A stretch of 60,365 nt of DNA from Trichoplax sp. H2 (GCA_003344405.1 NOWV01000213.1:62001-122365), one strand, 5' to 3'; counted from the stretch's first letter, positions 40,901 through 53,450 are shown. Numbers and translations are program-made. The notes: generated by a model not told the origin, from the letters alone.

Positions 40901-43900
40901 TGGTTGTATCTATCAATTGCAATGTCGTTATAACGATTCATTGTCAATGTACGAGAAAGCTTTAAGAATGCGAGTGGAAGTATTGAGTGAAAATAGTTTA
41001 GCAGTAGGATTGACCTATTGTAACTTGGGCAGCTTGTCAGAGACACAAGGCGATTATAATCAAGCATTGTCGTTTTATCGAAAATGCTGGAATATATGGC
41101 TATCTGTACTTGGAGATAACAACCTTAAAGTAGCTTTGGCCTCCGCTAATATTGCCAATATATATACGTTACAAGGAAAGTATGCTGATGCTGTTGCAAT
41201 CTTTCAAAATGCTAGTAGCATTGTAAAAGAATCGGTTGGAGAAAGTGATATATATTACGCTAATCTATGTAATAAAATTGGTATCGCTTATCACCGACAA
41301 GGGAAGTATAATGATGCCCTATCGATGCACCAAAAGGCTGTAGAAATACAAAAAATGATACTAGATGGCAAAAATTTACATGCTGCTGATTCTTACCGAA
41401 ATATTGGTATAATCTATACATCACAAGGCAATTATGAACTTGCAATATCGACATACCAGCAATCGTTAGAAATTTTGCGACAACTATTAACTGAGAAAAA
41501 TTTAGCTATTGCCTACGTTAGGAACAACATTGCTAATACATTTCTATTGCAAGGAAGACTTATCGATGCCTTAAATATCTTTCAACAATCTCTATCTCTT
41601 CAGAAGCAATTACTTGAAGAGAAATATTCCGTCATTGCAAAATCTTATGGCTCAATTGGATGTGTTTATTACAGAATGCATAAATATGATGAAGCTTTAA
41701 CGAACTGTAGGAAATCGATTAGCATATTGGAAGAGTTGGACGAAGATGCCAATTTAGATCTAGCGATGGCATACTCAAATATTGGATTAGTTTACAAAGC
41801 AATAGGAAAGTATGCGGAAGCATTTAAAATGCTTGATAAATGTTTAATGCTACAGTTAGAAAATATCACTGAGGAAAATTTTGATATCGCCGATACCTAT
41901 AGTAACATCGGCCTCATTTACCAATCGCAAGGACAGTATGAGAAAGCAATTGCTGCTCATCAAAAATCGCTAGAAATTCGCCAGAGACTGGGCGGGGATA
42001 AATGTTTACAAGCAGCATGTACCTATCAAAATATTGGACTCATTTATCAGCTACAAAGTAGATATGATGATGCCCAGTCATTCTCAATAAAAGCCTTAGA
42101 AATACAATTAGAAATTCAAGGAGAAATTAGTTCAGATGTTGCTAAAATTTATCGTAATCTAGCCGTGATACACATTTCGAGAGATGAACGACAAGCTGCT
42201 ATGGATATGCTCGATAAATGTCTTAGTATAGAACTTAAGCTAACTGGAGAGGAAAGTTTAGAAGTAGCTCAATGCTATGAAGATATGGCAAAAATATTTC
42301 AATCAGAGGATAACATTGAAAAATTTAAAACTAATGTAAATAAGGCGTCAAAAATTCAATGGAAAATATTAGGACCCGACAAATTAACAAAGATTAAATC
42401 TCAGAATGGTCTTCAAGTGCGTTATAAATCTAACGAGTATTACAATAATCTACTAGGTGAATTACAACAGTCTGTTAGTATGAGACTGTATTCTTGGATA
42501 GATATTCGTACTGATGTTATAAATTTGAATGGCGTCGTTGGATATACTCGGCAATTAACAGGTATTATATATAGTATTGGACTACTGTAATTATGGTTAC
42601 GTGAGGATGTAAATATCGAGCCTATAACGAATTTTATATCTGATTTTTAATTATGTTAGAGAGTGTTAAACCGGACTATTTGAAGCCTGATAAAAGGCAT
42701 GAAGCCAGAATTAGATATCAAAATCAAGACGATATCAAACTGGAAAGATATCTCTACCCAGGCATGACTGCAGGTAATGTGAGATAGAGATTGTTGAAAT
42801 AGGCACGTTGTATCATGATTTTGTATTTCACAAAATACGTAAAATTAAAGGGAGCATAATTTGAAAATAGTAACTGTTATATACGAATTATTCTACTGTA
42901 GTATATTCTCTTCTCAGAATTTGTGTAATCATTAAGTTCATTAAGTCGTATGTATTTATGGCCTAGAATAGTAGAGTCTATTAACGCGTAATTGATTTTA
43001 TTTTAGCGGAAGAAGGACTTCCTGAAGTATCCAAATTATGTAAAAATGATCGAGATACCATCATTGCCGTACCCAATGTGCCTGGACTGCAACTATTTAT
43101 ACCTGCGCAAAGCTTAGAAGATAGTATTCGATGCACTTTATCGGCTCTTTATGCCGATGCACCTTATATTAATGGAATACCTAATCAACCTAGTTTTCAG
43201 TTAATTCCTCTATCGACAATAGTTAGGATCGAGCCAAATATAAGTCTTGCTTATAACATTGATAATAATAATACCACCTTGCAAATACCTATGCCAGTAG
43301 CAGAAGAAGTAACGCAACACCTTGGTGTAGAGTCTGTTAAGTGTCTAGATATACGTATATTAAGCCGGAACAGAGATGGCGATGTTTGGAGAGAAGAATA
43401 CATTGATTACCAGCATCGAATGGATGAAAATGGCTGTCCGTGTGTTGCTTTAGCGATCAGTCGCTTGGCAGATTACTTGGTCACCGCTACCGTTTATACT
43501 TCCAAATTATTACTACATAAAAATAGTTTTCCCAGCTATCAGCAAGATGTTTCTGTCTTGTGCTATCTTTCCGAGATTCATCGTGGTTCAAATAGGGTCC
43601 GTTTGAAAGTAGTTATCGCAAGAAAGAGCGATGACAATACGGAAATTGTAGAGCAAATTCCGACCAAATTTCGCCACACTGAAGCTATTAGTACAGGGCT
43701 AGAAGGTACTATTTTGGAAAACGGCCGATATAGCGCCGAATTTAAAGAGGAAGAGCTGCAATGCGTACAAGAGGACAGTATTGTTCAACCTATCATCGTA
43801 GATTGGAACAGCTGTTCCTTTTATGTACTTAATTTTCTATGTCTTGTAAAAGACCCCAACAAAAAACTAGAAAAACTCTGCTCGATTGTCCTCAAACCTG

Positions 43901-44642
43901 AGAGCACTCAGATAGATTTACAGCCTAAATATTGCACTATAGAGGTTTGTAGACTGGGGACAACGTCAAATTTATTGTAGTAGATACTAAAATAATTAAC
44001 TTGAAGTGCTACTAATAATCTATTTCTAATGGGTTATACTAATCCTTGAATAGAACGTAACATCAGAAAATGACAATAATAGCAATAGCCGGGATACTAC
44101 TGATGAAAAGTTAAACCTCTCCGCCTTGCGAATAGGTACTTTGTTTACGTTAGAAATTAAGTTTCAGTGACTTCTGTTAGAGGATGATTTTTAATTCAGA
44201 TCGTCTTTATTAAAGCGTGCAGCCTATGATAGCTGAGATATACGTCATGTGGTTTACGTCCTGACAAATTTATACCTTTTACCTTATAGAATATAGTTTA
44301 ACTGTTACTACTGTGTTTATTAATTCTAATACATGCGCGTATCTTTTTTGTCTTGTTAACGTAGATACTAAGCTAAATTTTACTATTATTGCGGAAAAGA
44401 TCGGTGATGATTGGGTTCAATTAGCAACATTATTAGATCCTAACATTGCTACTGATGATATCGAATTGACTAAGCAAACATCAAACGATAAAGCTTTGTC
44501 TTGGCTAACAAGATGGCGTAGTCAACATGGATATACTGCAACCAAGGACAGTATAATTGAAGTGCTTGAACAAATCGATCGTCAAGATATTATCAAGCAA
44601 ATTATTAATACTGCGGATTCCACTAATAAAGCGGATGCTTAA
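37920..44642 (+). CDS. Gene E: long TPR array - ZU5-like - UPA-like - Death domain protein (~2017 aa), PIDD-like architecture
   Basis: Exons 37920-42561, 42660-42773, 43007-43944, 44054-44135 and 44365-44642; GT-AG introns, phases 1,1,0,1; 6054 nt in frame. Roughly 30+ 42-aa TPRs (A..Y.NIG.VY..Q.KY..AL....K.L.I....LG). The ZU5/UPA exon is homologous to A/D ('GLQLFIP', 'LSTIVRIEP', 'LENGRYSAEF', 'VDWN'). The last exon is a Death domain. Confidence 0.88.
44365..44642 (+). CDS. Death domain exon, last exon of gene E
   Basis: 'IIAEKIGDDWVQLATLL...ALSWLTRWRSQHG..AT...IIEVLEQIDRQDI' matches the canonical ankyrin/UNC5/PIDD-type Death domain pattern. Confidence 0.88.
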
Positions 44643-45859
44643 TTTAGTTTATATATTATACTACGATATCTTGCTGTGATAAATACACTGTTATTAATAT
44701 GACTAGCCCAAGATAAGCCAGAAGTTGACTTAACGGCTTTTAGTGCTGTTAGTGCATTCGCATTAGTCAGAATTTGACTTACCCGTTGTTAGAGTTGTTA
44801 ATGCGATAGTGAAATTAATGCTAGATAAGACAGATGATGATCTATCAGTTCATACAGTACTGTACGATTTCGTAGTGTACAAGGACAACAACCAATGGTT
44901 TATTTGGATTACATTTTACAATTATGACTGTAATAGAATATCGTATGCATGGTGAAAGCTTGTAATTGAGTTCTATTGTATTAAAAAATATCGATAAAAG
45001 CCGGACTTACGTCTTCGTCAAATTTTTACTAGTTTGATTCTAAATTATTGATTTAAACTATTTCGTGCCTTATATGTTCTTTTATATATAACATTTACTG
45101 TTGATGAGTGCCTTAATGGACTAATCTCAATAGATATAGAGAAGAAAGTCACTGTTATCAATTTAATACTGATAAAGTTCATGCTACTTTTTGAATAATT
45201 CGTAACTTAGCTAACCACTATTTCAAAGATGATTTTATTTATTGGATAATTTTTATATTTTCTCCTACATGATTTATTGATCGTGATTATTATATTAAAG
45301 GGTAAATGATTTACAGCATATATATCTCATAGTAGTCTAGTCGTGCACGTGTGATACCGGTCGTCGTTTAGGTAGTGGTCGAGGGTTTGTTGTAAAGTTA
45401 AAATAACGCTAATCGTTGGTTAGAACAAATTACGTAAATTTTAAACTTTAGTCAACATTAGCTTTAGAGTTCGATAATAGAACAAGATTTCTTATCATAG
45501 AAGATGACAACTTGCTTAATTTATTTACATGTAATTAGTGTCAGTATATTCTGTATTGCAAGGTTTAGTATTAAATATCTGAGCTACTTTGAATGCCACT
45601 CAGTCAAAAAAGAGGTCGTCTAGAAGTCGTGTTAAACGAAAAAGAGAAATCCATAACTTTTTACCAATAAAATTTCTGTGCTTAACTATATTAAAAATAT
45701 CTTGCGTTAAACGGCTTTTCTAGTGGACGTAGTTTATTATCATACTGTAATTAACTTTATTGGAATTCGCATATACTTTTTATCGTACCTTGTAAGCTGT
45801 ATAATAGAAATCCATGTTACTAACCATAAATATCTACTTTTAAATTTTTTGCTATGCAA

Positions 45860-46225
45860 TTAGAATGTATAATCAATATTTAAATTTATTATTGACGATG
45901 ATTCTATTGGATTCTTGGCTTTCTTCAACAATTTTCTTTCATATTTTTGCACTGTAATTACTGAACTTCTTTCAAGTAACTTAGAAAACTGTGCAAAATC
46001 ATGTCCGCTGCGTTTGTTACATAAAATATCCCGTAGCTTTACCGTCCTATCTTTTTCAGAAATTATGCTTTTAATATCATTACAAATTTTGCAGCTATTA
46101 AAGTTCCATGTATGTTGTCTTCTCTCGCAGAATGAAACATACTTACTATATGATATTTGATGCGGCTGATCTCCAATAATAAAATTAAGAACTTTACGCT
46201 CGTGAAGAATTATAACTGTCTTTGT
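45860..46225 (-). pseudogene. CARD relic 1 (C-terminal half recognisable, N-terminal helices apparently disrupted)
   Basis: The stop-to-stop frame lacks an early start codon and encodes 'EKDRTVKLRDILCNKRSGHDFAQFSKLLERSSVITVQKYERKL'. This closely resembles the gene C CARD 'KRDQLLTILKKERSGEDFEKFCDVLTENSVTTVQKFGKKL'. The best acceptor (ccttttag at ~46243) is out of frame. Confidence 0.68.
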
Positions 46226-47064
46226 TTAACTTTGACTCAGATCTAAAAGGAATAGGCTTGGAATAAAGTTCGAGTATTATATTCAGCAACAGTAGTTTGA
46301 TATCGAAATAACGTAGGGCACTGTGAGTATAGCTGCAAGATGAGATTTATAACAATGCTTTTAAGCTTTTTACGGAGTATTGGAGATTTGCAAGGTTTAA
46401 AATATTAGATGCTTATAAAATCTAAAATCTAAGTGGTATATATGACATAAGCTTTAATCCTATGACGAAGTGATATAAAAGTTCATAAATGCTTCTTATT
46501 TCAACACAGTATTATTCACTCATTGGTGTTATGTGCAAACGTGGCTATCATAATTTAACACAACTATAACGAATCAGCCTTACGATTACGTTACAAAACA
46601 TGGCCAACTATTTAGCTCTCCATTATATATAAATATTTAATATTTGACTTTTCTTGTGTAACTTAAAAGTGTATATTATAGATAAATTATATTCTATAGA
46701 TACAGTATGAGTATGTGACTTCTTCAAATCACTAAATGCAAAATTTCAGTCTAATGATCTTTCTAAATCAGCTGAAGATTACTTGTTGAAACTTCTTTAT
46801 AGTGCACAAAAGTGTGTAAATTGAAACATTTAAATAAATTTATTAATGTAATGGATTCTGTTTTTATTGAAATATCAAGATAATCGAATGTGTAATACAT
46901 TCTATACGATGGATTCTACTAAGCTAAGTGCAGTATTAAGATAGTGTAGTAGCCATAAAATTATCTTAAACAATCAGTTACGTTGACTCGAATCAATGGG
47001 GTCCGGGATATCTACTAAATTATTATAGACTAATGCTATTATCTTGCCATTCAAGATATATGTT

Positions 47065-47671
47065 TGTCGTGATCAGCCAACGACAAGGAAACCTGGGCTT
47101 TGAAGCTGTACAAATGCTAAGGCTACAACAGCTAAGTATGCCCCAACGGGCTAAGTGTAGACTAGTCTTAGGCTTTTAAATAGTTTATTGAACCAAGGTA
47201 GTCTTGCCATCCAAGACTACTCTAAATACACGCGTACACTACACGGTCAATCGACAACTCAACTGCTAGTGAGAGCGCTGGGCTTTATATACCCTAGCTC
47301 GGCTGCACTCGGTGCTCAGCTTAGGTAAGCAACTCTAAAAATATACAGCTTTTGTATAGCCGATTGTCTATATGGTTTGGTATGGCAGACGGCGTAAACA
47401 ACACTAATGAGTTACGAACTAATTAATAGCCAAGTAATAACCAAAGGCTCAGCACAAAGTAACAGAAAGTACTATTGTGTGAATATTAGTTATCACCTCT
47501 GTAAATACATTGCTCTGCACAAAGTCTACAACAAGTATAACTAGACTACTAACAATGTTACAATTATCCCCATACCTAATAAATAAATGTTATTAACAAG
47601 TAATAAAATCTTAATTACTAATTACTAAGGCTAATGCTACAATTAACTGACTGAGTCTGTACTCCGTCACA
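47065..47671 (-). mobile_element. Solo LTR (607 bp) of an LTR retrotransposon
   Basis: The minus strand begins TGTGACGG and ends TCACGACA (TG...CA). It has a perfect 5-bp TSD, ATGTT (47060-47064 and 47672-47676). A TATA box (TATATAAAG, ~47283-47291) is followed by AATAAA (~47184-47189), i.e. U3-R-U5 order. Confidence 0.85.
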
Positions 47672-48241
47672 ATGTTATTTGGAATAATCGTCTTTTCCTC
47701 CTTCAAGAACAGTAGCTGGGTTTAAGTATAACGCAGCTCAGAAAGAGGTACCATTGGCATTGGTATAGGCTGCGATTTAATACTAACTCATATAAATATC
47801 AGTCCTATAGGAATATAATAACACGCATTTTTTATTTTATGTTATGATATTAATATGCCAAATGCGCAATTTAGATCTTACATAAATTGAAGTAGTATTT
47901 GTCATAATCACAGCATTTACGGTACTTACCATATATTATTTCGGAGCTTTACTTTTTATGAAATATCCATTCACGTACTAATTTCGATTTAAAGAATCGA
48001 TTGCATTAGCGACAACAAATAATATCTTGACTGTCGGTGAAAAATGTGTAAACTATTTCAGTTATTTCTCTATATTCAGCACATTTAGCGTAGAATTTAC
48101 TTTTTATTGCCTTAAATTTTGGCATTCTTTTATGAATAGTTTCGTTTAATTTATCTTGAATAAAAAGATGGGGTCGTATTTCGCTAATCTAATCATCAAT
48201 ATTCTTCTCAATCATTGATGCAATTTTTGTGGATATTTATC

Positions 48242-48323
48242 ATATATTATATATTATATATTATATTATATTATATTATATTATATTATTATTATATATT
48301 ACATATTATATAATTATATATTA
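48242..48323. repeat. (TATAT/ATTAT)n AT microsatellite
   Basis: Directly visible run 'ttatattata ttatattata ttatattatt'. Confidence 0.9.
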
Positions 48324-49350
48324 TTTCTTGCGGATATTTCTGGTCGCAGTAGAGTAAGCCTATATAAGATTCTTCTTTCTTAATAATATTCTGATATGGA
48401 TAACCTGGTATTGTGTATTTTGCACATTGAAAATAAAAATTTTAACTTATGAATTATTCCACAGTTTTAAACAGGCTGACAAATGGCAATAAAATATGCC
48501 ATCAGGAATATACTATCGTAAATTACTACTTGTTATACGCAAGGAGCATTAAGCTCCGTAACAGCATCCATTAATTTAAAAGTATTTTTAGTCGCTATCA
48601 GAATCAGATATGTAATATTAGCTATATTAAAATAGTAACAGCGAGTTACGGACGAGATTGTACTAATCATCGGTGCCATGAAGGATGTTAAAATTGAGAG
48701 ATTAGCTTCTAAGTTTAGATGAAATATTCTAATATAACTATGGTACTCTAATTTCTGAACGTGAGTGCAATTGCCACTTAGTTTGTGATGGAAGATTTCT
48801 TGCAAAGTTGAGATTACGTAAATTGATCGATATATCAGATAACTTGACTTCCAAACATTAGGGAAGAATTAGCTTGAGAGTTAGGCACTAGAACTAAATT
48901 AATAGCATATTTTAAACTTGAATATATTCTATATTATTATACATTACTACTACCGCCTTGATTTATTCACTTGCGACTAATTAAATCGTGTGCTACGAGA
49001 TTAGCATTCAATCAATTAAGTCATTGCTATGATCACTCCGTAGAAGAGAAGCCACGTATAACTCGTGTAAAGAGAAGATAGGATTATCATTGATTTAACT
49101 AATTACATACACAATTTTTGTACCTGACTATATTAAAATATATTTAAGTCAAATAGCATAATTTTCAGCCATAGTAAATTATTATCATACTTGTGATTTA
49201 TCTTATAGAAGTATATATATTATTCGTACCTTTTCTCATACCTTGTAGACTTTATGACAGACACACAGGTTATAAACTTTAAACATGAACTACTGGTACT
49301 ATACTTTGGCTCTGTGAATAGATAGAATAATCATTGTTTAAATTTGTTAT

Positions 49351-49700
49351 TTATGACGAATTCGCTAGATTTATCGCTTTCTGCAACAATTTTCTTTCGA
49401 ATTTTGCACAGCAATAACTAAATTGATTTCAAGTAACTCTTAAAACTGTACAAAATCATGTCCATAACGTTTGTTTTATATTATGTTTCGCAGCTTTGTT
49501 GTTCTACTTTCTTCATAAATGGTAATTTTAATATTGGCAGCTTCTCTAGTACTTAAAATTTGCTTTGCTTCTTAATTTGATGGCTCTAACACTTCATCTA
49601 TCGGGAAATTTCGATTAAATCCCATGCCGTATGCATCTACGACATATTATAATTGGGATGTACGTATGATTTCTTTTTCATCTTCTTCTTGTGTAGTTAT
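49351..49700 (-). pseudogene. CARD relic 2 (full length, disabled)
   Basis: Translation 'L*YVVDAYGMGFNRNFPIDEVLEPSN*EAKQILSTREAANIK...RTTKLRNII*NKRYGHDFVQF*ELLEINLVIAVQ/FERKLLQKA' has 4 in-frame stops and 1 frameshift. It aligns to the gene C CARD and, at DNA level, to relic 1. Confidence 0.78.
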
Positions 49701-50399
49701 ATCAACAATATTTGGATTAAATAAATTAAGTAAATACTTTTACTGCTACTGTGCTTGTACTTTAAGTTTTGAAGAAAACTATGATCGCAAAAAGATCCCT
49801 GTGTGCGCAATTTTCTGCCATTTTAACTTTATTGATGTTATTTAGGAAGTGAAATAACATAAATATCTTAAGAATGAAATAATTTTCATATGATTAGACT
49901 GTAGTTATTATTTTAAATTTACATATACGAGTATAGCGGAGGTAGTAGTAGTAGTTTCTAACAACGCATTTAGAATTTAAACACTATAATAATATCCTAT
50001 TAAAAGCAAATTTAATATAAAATGCTATAAAAAAATTCTTTTACAGTAAATGTGTTAAATTTAGGAGAAATTGCTATAGAGTCTTACATTAGTCTAGTGA
50101 AGATAAAATATTTTAAGATACTTCGGAAGTAAGACATTCAATTATGACGCAGTAGAGAATTCGTAGTTAGGGTAAGCTAGGACTTCGATACGTAAACATC
50201 GATATAGGAATTTAAATCAGGCATCGGGTTTATTTCAACTTATATAATTCTCTTCACCTTTGCTAATAGACTATGACATTCAAATAATCGATATCGAAGT
50301 CTTTTTAAACCTTACTGAAACTTTACTTATCATTCACTGTTATAAATACAGAAACTACGGATTTACTGAAAGCAATTCTTGACTTATCCTGAATCAGAG

Positions 50400-51238
50400 T
50401 GCGCATTGATTAAGGTTAAGTTTGACAGCTATTACGGTAGCATATGTCATCTAAAGTTCTATTCCCATTACCCACACTTGTTCAATACGTCTTCGGTCAT
50501 TTAAACACGTCAAAATTTTCACTTCATCTTGTAGTTTATTGGCCAATCCCTCCGCTTTTCTACGTCATTTCTCGGCTTCTATCGATTCACATTTTTCTAT
50601 ATAAGAAGTACTCATACTCCGATAAATGCAAAATCCAAACTGAAAGAGCTGACTACTGTTGCTGTATTGGAATTTGATTAGACTTAAAGCCTCTTTATAA
50701 TAAAACAAAGCTACTTTATGCCTTCGTTCATTATGATTTTTCACGCCTTTTTCCAAATTCGATTTTATTTGATCAAGTAGGGTTAATTTGATGAATTCAT
50801 TAGCTATATTCTTTAGTTTCGATCAACAATTGAATAATACCATATACTATGCATAAAGAGATCGTAACGCTTTTCTTCAAATAAATTGCGCCTTCGATTG
50901 CAATTTTGATCGCAATACTAAGAAAAGAAGTAACTGATCTATACCATTATATAAAATAGCTATCTCCCAATTTTTATCAAGATAGAAACGTCTATTTGAG
51001 CTTATAGTCAACTCCGATGAACGAGATGGAGACAATACAATCGCATAGCTATCATCAATCATGCCTATAACATTCTCCTGATATTAATAATGATGAAATT
51101 GATTAAAACGCATTTGAACAATTGTCTCTACTTCTTCCTGTAAACGCTTTTTCAACGTCAATAATTAATTATCGTTATTCATCAATCCAATTATAAAAGC
51201 ATAACAATTTTTAGCGGTGACAATAACAAATAAATCAG
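50400..51238 (-). pseudogene. Decayed exon: helical domain followed by TPR repeats
   Basis: From acceptor ttctaactag one frame runs ~260 codons with ~6 in-frame stops, joining track ORFs 50877-51062 and 50565-50756. 'VALFYYKEALSL...EAEK*RRKAEGLANKLQDEVKILTCLND' parallels the gene E N-terminal TPRs 'SQTLAVKLNDKLRVAHSLD'. Confidence 0.6.
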
Positions 51239-52269
51239 CTAGTTAGAAAGTAAATGTACACGTAGTGAGAAGAATATCACAATTTTTGTATTTATTCACG
51301 TTGATAATACAGTCCTACTTGCAAACCGCATCGCAGCTAGAAATCTATTAGCATAGTTTTTCTGGTTATCTTATAACGACCTATATTTTTCGATTCGTTA
51401 CTATTAAATTAGATAGCGATACGCTGAATCATGTGATATTTTTTTCCTCACGGAATTTTAAATTGTTTCGTTGCCTTAAAGTGCGCGGATAATTGCTCTC
51501 TGAACTTGAGAAATAAAGGCTTTGAGGTAGGAATGGTTACTTCAAAATTTATTCTCATTTTAAGATTAATAAATATTTTGTATTAATCTTACTTTCAGTA
51601 CAGCAGTAGGCAAAATGTCTGCATCTATAATTGCTGTTACCTAATCTTTTGCTTATATCTAAATCAGAATAATACACATATAAGTAAAAGAAATATGATA
51701 TCATCGACTATAGGTAAGACAAGCATACTAGCAGTCTATTTTTCAAATTTAGGATAGATCTCTATTAATAATCCTACGTAATATATGATACGCACAATAG
51801 TATCCGATGTGCTTGAAACTTTTGCAATAAATTTGATATCAAATAAATAAATTATTATTGTTATTGACTGATTAGTTATTCTATTGGGCCACGTTGACTA
51901 TCCTTGATTTTCTATCTCGTAGTGCTTTCAAGTTTTAGATACTATGATTAATTATTTCAGGATTAGATCTTATAGACAAAATAATCATATCGAAGAATTA
52001 ATTTGAAGGTAACAAGATAAGGTATCAAAATAGGCAACAGTTCCTAATAAAGAGTGCAAAAATACGGCCGTACGAAATAAATTAGATGTTACTAGATGTC
52101 TTAAAGATTCTAGCTTGCCTTAACATAAATAATTATAATTGATTTCAATTTACGATTAGACCACTCATTGATATTATCTCAAATGAAATGAGTCTAAGTC
52201 GCTAACTTGTAATCTTATAGCAAAACGCTTATAACTACTTCAAGAATAAAATTTTTTATTTTAGGCGTA

Positions 52270-53450
52270 TCTTAGTGAATTTCTTGGTAAGCTCACTTAT
52301 AGAAATGCGCCCCAAACTCAGTTTTATTCGTCTCTAAAGTCAGCACTTGGCGCAATTTTACGAATGTGAAATCTTATTCAATTTCAATTTTTATCAGCTT
52401 CCTACAAGATTTCAAATCAAATGCTAGTGGGCTGCATTCTATAACTTTGACTCTATAGTTATAACATTTGTTGCAAGTTGAGTGAATCAGATAATCTTAA
52501 GAGCCAGCTTATGACTAATTGATTGAAAAAAAAAGTACTAAAGGAAAGGAAAAATTTAAACGTATATTCAAAACTATTGTTTCGGCTCTTATCGAATGGT
52601 TGAAAGTAAACTTTCAGCTTTAAATGAAATACTCTAAGGTGTTACAGGAAATTTTAGAGCTTCAGTTTGCTTCATTATTAAAAATAAATTTTAATTTACA
52701 GTGAGACTACGCTTACAATCTCTATTTATACAGAAGGAGTCGAAGCGCCTAATTTGTTATTTTATAGCAATATACATGTATGAAGAATGTATTATTTTAT
52801 TGTCAGCGGCATACTAATTGATGTTTTGGTAAATTAATTTACCGGAAAGTCTACCAATCTTATATCCATTTCATCTCTAAAGTCAATACAGGACACAATT
52901 TCACAAATTTCCATTCACATTCAATTCCATTTCAATATATGAAGTTTTTAAATTGAATGGCAGTGGCCCACCTTTTATGGCTCTGACCTATTAGGCACAA
53001 CATTGGCAGCACGTAGATTACACGAGATGACCTTGGGAGTAGTTAATGATTCATAGATGAAAGATAATGGAATATTAGTCGAAAAGAAAAATAAGTAAAC
53101 GTTTATCGCTATTGTTTTATCTTCAATCTGATGATTGAGAGCATTATTTCAGCTTTATTTTTTTATCAGAATTTATTTGCTTACTAATTCATCGTCTCAT
53201 TGACTAGAAAATTGTTATGTCAACGGATGGCCTTAAAATTAAATGACTATTTCTTTACTTATAATCGATTATAGTAAGAATAATTTTATTCAAAACTGTT
53301 CGGAATTGATGTAAAGTGGAATGGAGAATCAATCTTAGGTTAATCATCTCCGCATGAGTGATTGGAAACCTCCAGGATGATTCACAAATATAGAAGATAT
53401 GGAAAATTAAGTTGGATTTTTCCTTTTATTATTGTAAGTTAGGATTTTAA
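52270..53450 (-). pseudogene. Probable highly decayed NACHT (STAND NTPase) domain
   Basis: Frame-broken motifs occur in NACHT order and at plausible spacing: 'KILTY../EKSNLIFHIFY' (Walker A-like, ~53420), 'FLVNE/DELV' (Walker B-like, ~53200), 'LLPRSSRVI' (sensor-1 region, ~53030), 'LVDFP', 'NQLVISWLLR', and 'ECSPLAFDLKSCRKLI...HFYK*AYQEI' (winged-helix-like, 52440-52275). Each motif alone is weak. Confidence 0.33.

Noticed and set aside
38828..41454. Several minus-strand ORFs inside gene E
   Set aside because: They are antisense shadows of the TPR exon and show no independent protein features.
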